Positions 21,212 to 31,895 of a stretch of 64,000 nucleotides of DNA are shown one piece after another (within the stretch, counting starts at the first letter, position 1; the number at the start of each line of letters is the position of its first letter). The notes beneath the pieces are model-generated. The model worked only from the letters and a program-made list of their open reading frames with translations, ran no database searches and had not been told where the DNA came from. Made by a program: the position numbers and the translations under genes. This stretch comes from Phormidium sp. (lineage in GTDB: Bacteria; Cyanobacteriota; Cyanobacteriia; Cyanobacteriales; Aerosakkonemataceae): assembly GCA_051013385.1 (NCBI GenBank), contig CP143273.1, positions 416,001 through 480,000 on the forward strand, read 5' to 3'.

Positions 21212-23170
21212 ATGCCTGCAATACTTCCTCTAGCAGTTTTGATTATTCTATTTTTGATTTATCGTCAAAAAAACTATTCTTGGCGTAGTGCCATACTCTC
21301 ATCAGCCGTTGTTTGGGGAGCTTTATTAACGTTTATCACTGAAATTTTAAGCCTTTTGAAAATATTGACCTTTGGCTGGTTATTAGGAATATGGGGATTA
21401 ATTACCGTTGGATTAGGGGTTTTTTATCGAGCCTCCATCAAAGGGAAAAGACAAATTAAACGTTCCAGTAATGCTCGCAAACAAGAAAGCATCTCCCGCG
21501 AACCAATATTAAAATTTCTGTTACTAGGAATAGTTTTGATCGTCGCTACTATTGGGTTGATTGCCTTAGTAGCTCCCCCAAACACAATGGACTCCATGCA
21601 CTACCACATGGTTCGGGTTGTCTATTGGATACAAAATCATACTGTTGGTCATTATCCTACATACTTTACACCGCAGTTGTTTTTAAGTCCCTGGGCAGAA
21701 TTTGCGATTCTACACTTACAAATTTTGGCTGGTGGAGATTACTATGCCAATCTTGTGGAGTGGTTCAGCATGGTTGGTAGCATTATTGGCACTTCACTAA
21801 TTGCCAAACAACTTGGAGCAAATCTCTATGGTCAGATTTTTGCTGCTGTGTTCTGTGCAACAATTCCAATGGGTATTCTTCAAGCTTCAGGTACTCAAAA
21901 TGATTATGTAGTTGCCTTTTGGTTAGTTTGCCTCGTCCACTATATTTTGCAAACTATACAAGGTGAAGCAATAGGAAAGACGAATTTTTTGAAAATGGGC
22001 GCTATTTTAGGACTTGGCATTTTAACTAAACCTACTGCTTATCTTTACGCCTTTCCGTTCTTTATCTGGCTGTTTGTACCAACTCTGAAGACTTTTGGCA
22101 AGCAGATTTGGAAACCGATGTTTGAAGTGGCAATTTCAGCTTTGGTACTTAACCTATTTCACTATGTCCGTAATTTTAAGTTATTCCATAGTCCATTAGG
22201 TAAAACGCCAGATGACATTGTGTACAATAACCGTGCGTTTGGTATTTCAGAACTGCTTTCAAATATCATTAAAAATCTCTCGTTACATCTTTCAACACCT
22301 GTACCTTCGATCAATCGATTTCTAGAAAATGTAGTAACTCAAATCCATTCAGTTATTTTGCATACAGATGTTAACAATCCTCTCACGAGTTCTAGCAATT
22401 TTCAGTTTAGTAGTTTAATTAATCATGAAGATCTAGCTGGCAATGCGCTGCATCTGTTGTTAATCATCTGTTCGATCGTTGGTTTTGGCTTATATTGGAC
22501 AAGAAAAAAACTTCCTCTGTCTCCTGTATTGAATTATCTTTTGTGCTTAATTGGTGGTTTTCTAATCTTTTGTATAGTGCTTGCCTGGACACCATTTAAT
22601 TCTCGACTTCAGTTATCCCTTTTCGTTCTGTTCTCAGCTTTTGTAGGTTGTGTATTCTCAACAATATTGAAACGAAGATTGGCTAATTTTTTGGCAGCTC
22701 CTATCATAATTTGCTCGCTTCCTTGGGTTTTATTGAATGAAACCAGACCCGTGATTGCTAATAGTAGTTTTGTCACTACTGGTGAAGTCAGAAATATCTT
22801 TAATACCAGTAGGATCGATCAGTATTTTGTCACTCGAATTAAGAACAAAGAGCCATTTAAAGGCGCATCTGAGTTTCTAAAATCTCAGGGATGTTACGAC
22901 ATTGGCATGGTTATGATCAATTCCTTTGAATATCCTTTATGGATTATCTTGGAGCAGGATAAAAAGAAAGTTTTTCACTATCAGCATATTGCTGTAGATA
23001 ATATATCGGCAAATAAGTATCAGGTCTCTCCCTATAAAGATTTTCAACCTTGTGCAGTTTTTTATAGGAGTAACCGCGACGGAAAAGTTGCAGATACTTT
23101 GTTTTGGCAAGGCAATTATTATGACCTGAAATGGTCTTCTGATCATGTTGGTGTCTTGATGAAAAGGTAG
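21212..23170 (+). CDS. Polytopic GT-C-type glycosyltransferase, paralog of 13253-15229
   Basis: APPNTMDSMHYHMVRV, GTQNDY, KPTAYLY, SLINHEDLA shared with the paralog. Confidence 0.72.
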   Translation: MPAILPLAVLIILFLIYRQKNYSWRSAILSSAVVWGALLTFITEILSLLKILTFGWLLGIWGLITVGLGVFYRASIKGKRQIKRSSNARKQESISREPILKFLLLGIVLIVATIGLIALVAPPNTMDSMHYHMVRVVYWIQNHTVGHYPTYFTPQLFLSPWAEFAILHLQILAGGDYYANLVEWFSMVGSIIGTSLIAKQLGANLYGQIFAAVFCATIPMGILQASGTQNDYVVAFWLVCLVHYILQTIQGEAIGKTNFLKMGAILGLGILTKPTAYLYAFPFFIWLFVPTLKTFGKQIWKPMFEVAISALVLNLFHYVRNFKLFHSPLGKTPDDIVYNNRAFGISELLSNIIKNLSLHLSTPVPSINRFLENVVTQIHSVILHTDVNNPLTSSSNFQFSSLINHEDLAGNALHLLLIICSIVGFGLYWTRKKLPLSPVLNYLLCLIGGFLIFCIVLAWTPFNSRLQLSLFVLFSAFVGCVFSTILKRRLANFLAAPIIICSLPWVLLNETRPVIANSSFVTTGEVRNIFNTSRIDQYFVTRIKNKEPFKGASEFLKSQGCYDIGMVMINSFEYPLWIILEQDKKKVFHYQHIAVDNISANKYQVSPYKDFQPCAVFYRSNRDGKVADTLFWQGNYYDLKWSSDHVGVLMKR

Positions 23171-23284
23171 AAATTAAAAGCTACTGGTTTTGTGGTACTT
23201 TTGTGGAAAAGCTTGATTTGACGGACTGGTTACTGGCGACCGGGATTCCTGATAAATCAAGCATTTCACAAATTAATTAGGTTT

Positions 23285-23408
23285 ATATCAAGTCCGCTTG
23301 ATTACCCATAATTCCTGCACCCCACCCCTATCCCCACCCCGTCAACTCTGAGGGGTGCCGTAGGCGGGGTGGGGTTCTTAATTATGGCTAATTGACCGGA
23401 CATGATAT
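23285..23408. repeat. IR-bounded MITE-like repeat with a GC-rich core
   Basis: ATATCAAGTCCG.../...CCGGACATGATAT; core GAGGGGTGCCGTAGGCGGGG also at ~29198-29218. Confidence 0.6.
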
Positions 23409-23762
23409 TACTTATCACTCCAGTGACGAGCCAGCCAAAAAATATGATAAATTTAATAATTAAATTGCCAGTTATGGTATACTTAGCTAAAAAGCAGAAG
23501 CGAAGTAAAATTAATTTTGAATTCGCTGAAAACCTGAATTAACCTAATATAGGTTGGATTTATTGATGGCAAATATTAGGAATTTAGGCATTTTCAAGAT
23601 TCAAGATTGGTGGGAAAGCAAAATGCTAAAGCGATATCAGTATTAAAGATAAAGACTGACTTTTTTGTAGAGAAAATTACTGGGAGTCAAATTTGAAAAA
23701 TTCCAAAAAGTATCAGAACTCCTAAGTAAGATTCTTGTTGTTTACAAACAGGAAATCAACGT

Positions 23763-24695
23763 ATGAAATCTCCTTATATAGCAGCGCTTAGACCTCGCCA
23801 GTGGACAAAAAATCTCATTGTTTTTGCGGCCCCTCTATTTGCTTTTAGTGTCAATCTAGAATCGATTTTGGGCAGTTTTCTGGCATTTGCACTATTCTGT
23901 GCAGCTTCTAGTAGTTTTTACTTACTCAATGACATTGTAGATGTAGAAGCTGACCGAAAGCATCCAGTTAAGTGTAAACGTCCGATCGCTTCAGGAGAAG
24001 TTACTGTTCCTGTCGCGATCGCAATGGCAGTAATTTTATTGGGTGGAGCAATAATTATTGGTTGGACGCGATCGCGCTGGTTAGGAGCAACCATAATTAG
24101 CTATGCTCTCCTACAAGTCGCCTACAACTTAAAGTTAAAGCGGACTGTAATTTTGGATGTAGTAGCGATCGCAATGGGATTTGTGTTCCGAGCTTATGCA
24201 GGTGGGGCAGCTACCAGAATTCCTCTATCTCCTTGGTTCTTGCTTTGTACCGCAATGTTAGCGCTGTTTTTGGGTGTAGAAAAACGCAAAGCAGAGTTAA
24301 GGTTAATAAAAGTCAGTGGTGGGAAAACCAGAGCGGTTTTAAGACGCTACTCCTTGGGGTTACTTGCTCGGATGGAGAGCGTTGTAACTAACGGAGCTAT
24401 ATTAACTTATGCAATTTGGAGTTCTGGGCCACAAGTTAATGGCGCTTCAACGCCTTGGATGATGCTGACATTACCCTTTGTGATGTACGGCATCTTTCGC
24501 TATCAACTTCTGAGCGATCCTGAAGAAATTGCCCGGAAAAATGAAGCAGCAGAACACGCCGAAGTAGGTGGACAAAGCGAAAGACCGGAAGAAGTTTTAT
24601 TAAGAGATCGACCAATTTTGTTGACTGTTGTCGGTTGGATAATCACAAGTTTTGCGATTCTCTGGTTAAAAACTCAGGGAATCATCATTAGATAA
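23763..24695 (+). CDS. Decaprenyl-phosphate phosphoribosyltransferase-like (UbiA prenyltransferase family)
   Basis: LRPRQWTKN, YLLNDIVDVEADRKHPVKCKRPIASG, KRKAEL, YGIFRY motifs of DPPR synthases. Confidence 0.9.
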   Translation: MKSPYIAALRPRQWTKNLIVFAAPLFAFSVNLESILGSFLAFALFCAASSSFYLLNDIVDVEADRKHPVKCKRPIASGEVTVPVAIAMAVILLGGAIIIGWTRSRWLGATIISYALLQVAYNLKLKRTVILDVVAIAMGFVFRAYAGGAATRIPLSPWFLLCTAMLALFLGVEKRKAELRLIKVSGGKTRAVLRRYSLGLLARMESVVTNGAILTYAIWSSGPQVNGASTPWMMLTLPFVMYGIFRYQLLSDPEEIARKNEAAEHAEVGGQSERPEEVLLRDRPILLTVVGWIITSFAILWLKTQGIIIR

Positions 24696-24718
24696 TTTAT
24701 TTTTTATTCACCAAGGAG

Positions 24719-25255
24719 TTGAGTAGTAAAGTGGGAAAGTACTATTTTCCAAAAACAGCGTATCGACTGGCGACGATCGAACTGGAATTACTAGAAGCTT
24801 CGGGAATCAAAGGTGTAATCTTAGATTTGGATAACACAGTTGTTTCTGAGGACGATCGCTATTTATCGCCTGGTGCAGAAGCTTGGATTCAGCAAGCAAA
24901 ACTAGCAGGATTAAAATTTTATATCCTGTCTAATGGTAAGCGTCGCTACCGAGTAAAATACTGGACTTATCGATTGGATATACCAGCTATTAATCCAGCT
25001 AAAAAACCCTTTCCTTTTGCATTTTGGAAAGCAATAAAAGCCATGAAACTTAAACCAAAACAAGTAGTTGTGATTGGTGATAGTCGTCATACAGATGTTT
25101 TAGGAGCATGGCTGGTTGGTTGTCCGAGCATTCAAGTTGCCACACTTCCCCATCCTTTCCGCTGGTGGGAAAAGCTATTTGGAAAAAGGGTACAAACACC
25201 TTATCCTTTGGAACACGAACTGGAAGATTTTGATGTTAATTCTTATCAAACTTGA
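24719..25255 (+). CDS. YqeG family HAD-IIIA phosphatase
   Basis: ILDLDNT, LSNG, AKKP, IGDSRHTDVLGA; start TTG 24719 or GTG 24731. Confidence 0.88.
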   Translation: MSSKVGKYYFPKTAYRLATIELELLEASGIKGVILDLDNTVVSEDDRYLSPGAEAWIQQAKLAGLKFYILSNGKRRYRVKYWTYRLDIPAINPAKKPFPFAFWKAIKAMKLKPKQVVVIGDSRHTDVLGAWLVGCPSIQVATLPHPFRWWEKLFGKRVQTPYPLEHELEDFDVNSYQT

Positions 25256-25324
25256 AATGGCAAAAAATATTTACTAGCTAGATTTCACCATGGTTTCTAA
25301 AACTAATAAGCAAGGAAATTAATT

Positions 25325-25663
25325 ATGCCCAGTAATTTTGTATTTTTTATTTTAATCCTGCTCTCAGTTGCTCTAAACAGTGGGGCACAAACTCTATTAA
25401 AACTAGGAGCAGGACAAAATCCTCTGAATATATATTTATTTGGCGGTTTAGCTGCTTACGGAGTAAGTACAATATTTTACATTTTGGTTTTAGGTAAGTT
25501 TAATTTGTCCGTAGCTTATCCAGTTGTGATTGGATTAACTGTGTTGGCAACTACAATGTCAGGGGCAATGATTTTAGGAGAGAAAGTTTCTTCAGTGGGA
25601 TGGATAGGAGTGGGATTAATGATTAGTGGGATTATTGCGATCGCCTTCGGCAAAGTTAGCTGA
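25325..25663 (+). CDS. SMR/EamA-like small membrane transporter (ArnE/F-like flippase candidate)
   Basis: 112 aa, 4 TM, AQTLLK, LSVAYP, GEKVS...WIG. Confidence 0.85.
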   Translation: MPSNFVFFILILLSVALNSGAQTLLKLGAGQNPLNIYLFGGLAAYGVSTIFYILVLGKFNLSVAYPVVIGLTVLATTMSGAMILGEKVSSVGWIGVGLMISGIIAIAFGKVS

Positions 25664-25778
25664 AAGAATGATGGGTTAGGATAAAAAACAAATCTTCAGA
25701 AAAGAAAATATTTTTTTCTTCTATTTTTCCTGTCTACCTTAACCCAGCTATCTTCCCTTAGAATAACAGTCTATTTTC

Positions 25779-27473
25779 TTACACTGTTTGATGCAAGGCA
25801 ACAGAAGAACTCAATTCTTTGTTGAGATAATCCACCAATCTCAAAGCAAATACAACAATCATAAAAGTGGAATTTGCTTGACCAGAAGTAACGAAATTAG
25901 AACTGCTGGCAACAAACAGATTATCAAATCCATGAATGTTAGAATTTACTCCTACAACACCGTCACTGGGATTGTCAGACATTCGAGTTGTCCCAATTTG
26001 ATGATATCCATCTCCAAGTTGATCGGTTACACTCGCTACAGGATCGTCAGTCAGGTATTTCAAATACCCACATTCGTACTTTCTTAAATGTTTGTCCCAG
26101 TACTCATGGGCTCTGACTACAGACTCAACATCTTGAGAGGAGTAGCGAAAATTAATATTCAATCTTCGCATACCTAATTCATCTTTTTTATTAGACAAAC
26201 TGACCGTACTATCAAGATTAGGTATTTGTTCACCGTGATAGTGCAGGGGGTATTCGTTAGCAGCACTGTAGACAAACAATGCTGGAATCTTTCGTTTAGC
26301 AATGAATCGTCCATAACCGAAGTTAGGAATAAAGGAAATTAATTTTCCTAAATCCTTAATCAAATTCCTGAGATGTGCTTTCTGAATGGCTTTTTTATCT
26401 CCGATTAAGGCATTCCTCATTGCTGTTGATGTTAAGTACTTGCCAATCACAGGAGAAGTTAAGGCTAGATATGCTAGAGATAATATTCCGTTTCCGTGAG
26501 ATGGATCGTAAAATTTTGGTGCTCCTAGCCAACCTACAATATTTGTAAGTTTTTTCTCGTGCAGAAACTCTCGACTAAAGGTGAACCGTCGCCGCAAATA
26601 GATATGATCGGAATCGCGATCGAACCCAAAAACAGTTTCTTCAGGTGGAGTAGTAAAATGAACGTTGGCAATATCTCCTGAGAGATGTCCCATGTAGAAT
26701 TTGCCTAAAAGTCCGCTGTGATTGCCAATTCCTCCGGGATGTTGGCGATCGGATGCTAAAAGCAAGCGTGTTGTATTTAAAGCCCCACCTGCCAAAATAT
26801 ATTTACGAGCTTTTACACCAATAGTTTTGCCACCCAAAGTTTTTGCTTGAAGTGCCTCAACGTGATTTCCGGTATCAGAAGATTCAATTTCTGTGCAAGT
26901 TAAGCCGTATATTACTTTTAAGGTTTGATACTGCTTCAACTCTTGAAAATACTCTTTTCCAAAATTAGTAGGAAGTGACCAACGCTCTAAAGTTGAAGTT
27001 AGAACACCTTCATCAGGTAATCCCGGAACGATCGACTTCTGCTTGATACTTGAAATGTCGTAGATGTTAAATTCAGCCTTTCCACAAAAAAAGTAATCGC
27101 AAGCTTTTTGAAAGTAAGGTTCGAGTTCTTCGTATGTAACAGGCCAAGATGAATGAGGAACAAAACTTCTTTCGTCAAAGTCTACTGGATCGTAAGGCAA
27201 GCAACGTCCACCCCAGATTATCGATGTCCCACCTACCTGTCGGCGAGTGCATAGTGACATAGGAGCGTGAATTTTGCGATCGAAGTGACTAGCTTCACCC
27301 ACAGATTGAGTTTTTTCACAAAAGTTAATCCTTCCACTTTCGATTAAAGCAACTTCGTATCCAGACTTAGTTAGCTCTAGTGCTAACACGATCCCTGCTG
27401 GCCCTGCGCCAACAACAGCAACATCTGAATTAAAGGTATATCCATCTTGAACTGTTTCAGCGTCAATAAACAT
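25779..27473 (-). CDS. GMC family FAD-dependent oxidoreductase
   Basis: VVGAGPAG, RRQVGGTS, HQIGTTRM, ANSTF. Confidence 0.9.
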   Translation of the reverse strand: MFIDAETVQDGYTFNSDVAVVGAGPAGIVLALELTKSGYEVALIESGRINFCEKTQSVGEASHFDRKIHAPMSLCTRRQVGGTSIIWGGRCLPYDPVDFDERSFVPHSSWPVTYEELEPYFQKACDYFFCGKAEFNIYDISSIKQKSIVPGLPDEGVLTSTLERWSLPTNFGKEYFQELKQYQTLKVIYGLTCTEIESSDTGNHVEALQAKTLGGKTIGVKARKYILAGGALNTTRLLLASDRQHPGGIGNHSGLLGKFYMGHLSGDIANVHFTTPPEETVFGFDRDSDHIYLRRRFTFSREFLHEKKLTNIVGWLGAPKFYDPSHGNGILSLAYLALTSPVIGKYLTSTAMRNALIGDKKAIQKAHLRNLIKDLGKLISFIPNFGYGRFIAKRKIPALFVYSAANEYPLHYHGEQIPNLDSTVSLSNKKDELGMRRLNINFRYSSQDVESVVRAHEYWDKHLRKYECGYLKYLTDDPVASVTDQLGDGYHQIGTTRMSDNPSDGVVGVNSNIHGFDNLFVASSSNFVTSGQANSTFMIVVFALRLVDYLNKELSSSVALHQTV

Positions 27474-27614
27474 TGGTCGATCCCCCTCAAACTAATTAAT
27501 GAAATGAAATTTGAACCGATATTTTTTGGCTATCGGTTCTCAAAAACATATCAAAGATAGAATTTTCCCTTAGCTAGGGAAACTAAGAGTTAGCTTTCTT
27601 TAAAGCAAATCTTC

Positions 27615-28913
27615 TTAGCCGCTAATTTCCGCTGTTTGTTTACTAACCTGTGGTACGCGAGAAGCAAAGTACTGCCGAATTACTTGGATATTTCTCTCCA
27701 CTTCCTTATGAGAGTAGCTGGGGTATGTTGGCAAGTAGAATAACTCTTTGGCTAGATTCCTCGCATTAGGACAGTCGCGGTAATATTCCTTAAATCGGGG
27801 CGAATCAGCAGTATTGGTAAAATGTCCTGGTGCGATGTCTCGACCATGAACGAACATAAATTTGAGTAGTTCTTCGCGTTGAGCATATTGAACTGGGAAC
27901 CAAAGATAAGTATGCGATCCATCAGTTCGCAGCGGTGGCAAGATTAACTCATCAATATCTTTGAGTCCTTCATGATAAAGTAGAGCCTTGTCAATTCTAC
28001 TCTTGATATCTCGATCGACTTTGTTCAATTGAGACAAACCAAGTCGGGCTTGAAATGTGGTGTACTGAGACTTGTAGACATCAGGAAGTTCGGTTGCTGG
28101 TGCGCTTTCCTGTGGCTTGCGGCGAAAATTTTTGTTAATCGATTCAACGTTATTTAAGTAACCGTATCGACTAATTGGGTAGGTTAGTAACTGAAACAGA
28201 ATTGGCGCACTAGCAATATCGTGCTTCAAACCTGCCTTGATTTTCTTGTTAATGCCGGGGAGAGGAGGATAGGAAAAATTCTTTAGTTCTTCACGGATTT
28301 TTTCGGCTACATCTGTCCGATCGGTCATTACTGCTCCTCCCAGCCAGGTAGGTATATTCTTCTGCATTTCAAAGCTAAATACACCTACATCGCCAATGGT
28401 AGCCAGGGCTTTCCCTCGATCGTAGACACCAAATGATTGAGCTACATCTTCAATCATGGGTATGTTGTGACGATCGCAAATTGCTTTAATTTGATGCGGC
28501 TCCGATGCCAGCCCGTGTAAATGAGTAATTAAAACCGCTCCTGTATTCGGATTAATCAACCGCTCTACTTCCGCAACAGAGATATTACAGGTTTCTCGAT
28601 CGATATCAGCAAATACAGGACGACCCCCGGCAAAAATCACCATGTTAATCACATCAATGATCGTGTATGGTGACAAAATTACTTCTTGTCCTGGCTTAAT
28701 CAGTGCTTTGAGCGCCAGATATATCCCCACCCGGCACTGATAAACGCAGATTGCATGAGTTGTTCCGAATCGATCGCTCAAAGCTTTTTCAAAAAGCTCT
28801 ATATCTTTTCTGCTTGTTTGCGATTTTCCACCCAAAACATATCCTAAAAACAGTAGATAACTGTTAACACTCGTGTAAAGTCGATTTTTAGGCGCAGGTC
28901 CAAGGTTCAACAT
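27615..28913 (-). CDS. DegT/DnrJ/EryC1/StrS family PLP aminotransferase
   Basis: PVFADID, IEDVAQSFG, GDVGVFSFEMQK (PLP lysine), LPTYP. Confidence 0.88.
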   Translation of the reverse strand: MLNLGPAPKNRLYTSVNSYLLFLGYVLGGKSQTSRKDIELFEKALSDRFGTTHAICVYQCRVGIYLALKALIKPGQEVILSPYTIIDVINMVIFAGGRPVFADIDRETCNISVAEVERLINPNTGAVLITHLHGLASEPHQIKAICDRHNIPMIEDVAQSFGVYDRGKALATIGDVGVFSFEMQKNIPTWLGGAVMTDRTDVAEKIREELKNFSYPPLPGINKKIKAGLKHDIASAPILFQLLTYPISRYGYLNNVESINKNFRRKPQESAPATELPDVYKSQYTTFQARLGLSQLNKVDRDIKSRIDKALLYHEGLKDIDELILPPLRTDGSHTYLWFPVQYAQREELLKFMFVHGRDIAPGHFTNTADSPRFKEYYRDCPNARNLAKELFYLPTYPSYSHKEVERNIQVIRQYFASRVPQVSKQTAEISG

Positions 28914-29237
28914 ATTTTCTTAACCACCGTTTAAAATCCTGTTTACTGGGAACGTAGACATAGCAACAATTCTGTTCGTTTGTTAAATCGGAAACCAGTC
29001 TAAAAAATTTTTCTTCCTTTTTCTCTAAGAGTCGTATAATATTTTAACTTACATTTTTTATGTTTTGATGCAAATTTAATTAAAGATTTCTGATATATTT
29101 ACACAATATATCGTTAATTTGTAAAATTTTCGTGAACTTTCCGGGAAAATACCGAGTTGCTTCCCCTAAATATAAACAACCCCTCCCCGTAAACGGGGAG
29201 GGGTGCCGTAGGCGGGGAGGGGTGCAGGGAATTATCG

Positions 29238-30656
29238 TTAATTCGCTTTTCTCCTCAATAAAAAATTAATCCAATCTTTGATAGATCTGGGACGCTTGAT
29301 TATTAAGTCATCAAGGCTCTCACCAGGAGGCATCTTTCTTTCACATTGATGTTCGTGCCACATAATTCCAATTAGACTTACTACATAGAGCATATAACCC
29401 GGTTCTTCCATTTGAGAAAAAACTAAACCAAAAGCACAAACAGTGAGTACAAAAAGTTTGGAAATGTCATTTATACAAAGTCTACGCCAAACCACAGACC
29501 ATATATAGATGAACGATGCTAACCCCAACCACCCGAAATCTCCCCAAATCCCCGCCCAACCAAACAAGGGGGAAAACATACTAGATTGATCGCCAAGCCA
29601 ACTCTTTGCTGTCTCAAACCAAACAGCAGCACTAGCGGGATGTATTGTAGGGCCTAAAGGTGCTAGTAAATCTTTATATTCTTGCAGCATCCAACCACCT
29701 AACCTAGTCACAGTATGACCAGGCCCTAGACCGAGTATGGGATGCAAGAATGATGTATAAAAGCTTGGAACTACGCGAAAAGTTGCCATTTTGAGCCTAG
29801 TGGCTTCACCATCTGGGCCATAAATTTCTGGTCTAATCCAAGTATTAAATGCTCTAAATTCTTCTAGGTTTTGGATACACCAAAGAAAGGCAGAAACCAG
29901 CAAAGCGCCGCCTATTAAATACTTGAGTGCTTCAACGATATTACTGAACTTAGTTATTATCAAAATTACGGCAGCTACTCCAAAGGATAGGAGAACTTGC
30001 TTTGCGTCTGCCATATTCATGTGCCAAAAAGTAGCGAGAACTACAACAGCGCGAATCCAAATGGGAATGTTTTTAGCAGTTGCAAAATAGTATATTCCAA
30101 AGGTTAAGGCAACGGAAGCTCCAACAACGTGACCAGCCCCTTGTCCGATAAAAACTCCTTTAATATTGTCTTCTAGACCATGATGGAGGTGTAGATTTAG
30201 CACATAGCGCTGGACGTAGGCAAAAACAGTGTTGGTTATGGAAGAAAAAATGAAAAATGCTCGCACTCCAATTAATTTTTCAGGAGTCAGAGGAATGCTA
30301 ATTATGGTTAATAAAAGTAAGAAATGTTCGCCTAAAAGTAAAAAAGCCAGAAACAAATTAATGATCCCGGCATCATTTAAAATGGCACTAGCAATAGTGA
30401 CACCTAAAAAGAACAATAGAGCAATGGTTAGTTCCTGAATAGCTGCTATTTGATTGCGGTCTTTAGCCTTAGTTTTTAGTAGGGAAAAGACACAAACAAA
30501 AGGAACTATACCCAGGTGTAAAAGACTAACAATGGAGGGAAATTTTAATGCTGTAAGAACCCGGGGAAAAAACGCTGAACTAAAGGCAAACAGCATTAGA
30601 GTAGTAAGCTGTATGTACCCCTTTTGTTTCTTGCGAACTTCGGCTTCTATATACAT
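29238..30656 (-). CDS. Polytopic membrane protein, probable polysaccharide polymerase (Wzy-like)
   Basis: About 11 TM helices, LGLGPG loop, located downstream of four GT4 genes. Confidence 0.6.
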   Translation of the reverse strand: MYIEAEVRKKQKGYIQLTTLMLFAFSSAFFPRVLTALKFPSIVSLLHLGIVPFVCVFSLLKTKAKDRNQIAAIQELTIALLFFLGVTIASAILNDAGIINLFLAFLLLGEHFLLLLTIISIPLTPEKLIGVRAFFIFSSITNTVFAYVQRYVLNLHLHHGLEDNIKGVFIGQGAGHVVGASVALTFGIYYFATAKNIPIWIRAVVVLATFWHMNMADAKQVLLSFGVAAVILIITKFSNIVEALKYLIGGALLVSAFLWCIQNLEEFRAFNTWIRPEIYGPDGEATRLKMATFRVVPSFYTSFLHPILGLGPGHTVTRLGGWMLQEYKDLLAPLGPTIHPASAAVWFETAKSWLGDQSSMFSPLFGWAGIWGDFGWLGLASFIYIWSVVWRRLCINDISKLFVLTVCAFGLVFSQMEEPGYMLYVVSLIGIMWHEHQCERKMPPGESLDDLIIKRPRSIKDWINFLLRRKAN

Positions 30657-30713
30657 TGGTTATTGGTATAAAGTCAGGAGATTTTGGTGCGTGTAAATGG
30701 ACGGACAGCCGAT

Positions 30714-31877
30714 TTATGTAGGACAGACCAAAGAATAAATTTCCATTAGTCTTCGGTAGTTTTCCTGTGCTGTGTACTTAGCCTCGAACTGGGCCCTGGC
30801 TTCTTGACGCATTTGAGCTAGTTCGGTTGGGTGTTCTAAGATCCATTCTACTTGAGTGGCTAGGTCTGTTGGGTTGCCCGGTTGAAAGTGTAGTCCAGTG
30901 CGACCCCGCTCGACCAATTCAGCGATCGCCCCAATGTTAGCGGCGATCGTGGGTGTGCCCTTAGCAAAACCCTCCACTGCTACCCGCCCAAAGGTTTCAT
31001 ACCACTTTGAGGGAAAAATCAACACCATTGCTTCTCCCATTAAAGCGTGAACTTCTGCGATCGGTCTGCGCCCTAACCACTCAATTTTCGGAATTTTCTC
31101 GGCTGCTTCTGCCACTTGGCTCGCTAAAGGCCCATCCCCGACAATCTTTAAAGGTAAGGGATTTTTTAATTGTTGCCAAGCTGCCAGTAAAGTATCTAGT
31201 CCCTTTTCTACCGAAAGTCTTCCTACAAAAAGAGCATAGCCGCCCCTTCCTTCCCCTACACCTGGGTCAGGATAGACAAAATTTGGCTTGACGACAATTT
31301 TTTCCCCTGGAAGACCCCCCTGAATAAACTTTTGTCGAGCAAACTCAGTCAAAGCAATGTACAGATCCACCTGCTCTTTCCAAGTCTGCATAGCTCTGTG
31401 TACCGTTATCATGGTTGCCGTGACTGCACTGGCTGCCTTATTTTCTCGGTAGCAACTATGCACCACGCCAGGGTAAGGAATCGGTTTCCCCATGCAGTCC
31501 TCACAAACTTGTCCATTGCGGAAAAATAAAGCATTAGGACATAACAAACGGTAATTTCTCAAAGTTTGAACTACGGGTACGCCCTTTGCTTTAGCGGCAT
31601 AGTAGACTGAGGGAGAAATCAGGGGAAAGAAATTTTGCACATGAACTAGATCGCAAGCTTTTGCAGTGAGTTTTTCTTGGACGATGTTGTAAGATTCTTG
31701 AGACCAAATGGTTCGGAAGGTCATGTTTACCGAACCTAGAGTGGCAACGCGATCGTTATTTTCCTCATAAACTTCAACTTCGTGACCCATTTCCCGCAAC
31801 AAGCGTTCCTCTGACTCACGAGATTCGTCTTCTCCGCCTCGGATCTGATAATTATTGTGGATACTCAGGATTCGCAC
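30714..31877 (-). CDS. Glycosyltransferase family 4
   Basis: HNNYQIRGGED, VGRLSVEKG, YETFGRVAVE; GTG start with GGAG upstream (ORF extends to 31886). Confidence 0.92.
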   Translation of the reverse strand: MRILSIHNNYQIRGGEDESRESEERLLREMGHEVEVYEENNDRVATLGSVNMTFRTIWSQESYNIVQEKLTAKACDLVHVQNFFPLISPSVYYAAKAKGVPVVQTLRNYRLLCPNALFFRNGQVCEDCMGKPIPYPGVVHSCYRENKAASAVTATMITVHRAMQTWKEQVDLYIALTEFARQKFIQGGLPGEKIVVKPNFVYPDPGVGEGRGGYALFVGRLSVEKGLDTLLAAWQQLKNPLPLKIVGDGPLASQVAEAAEKIPKIEWLGRRPIAEVHALMGEAMVLIFPSKWYETFGRVAVEGFAKGTPTIAANIGAIAELVERGRTGLHFQPGNPTDLATQVEWILEHPTELAQMRQEARAQFEAKYTAQENYRRLMEIYSLVCPT

Positions 31878-31895
31878 TTTAATCAATCTCCACTG

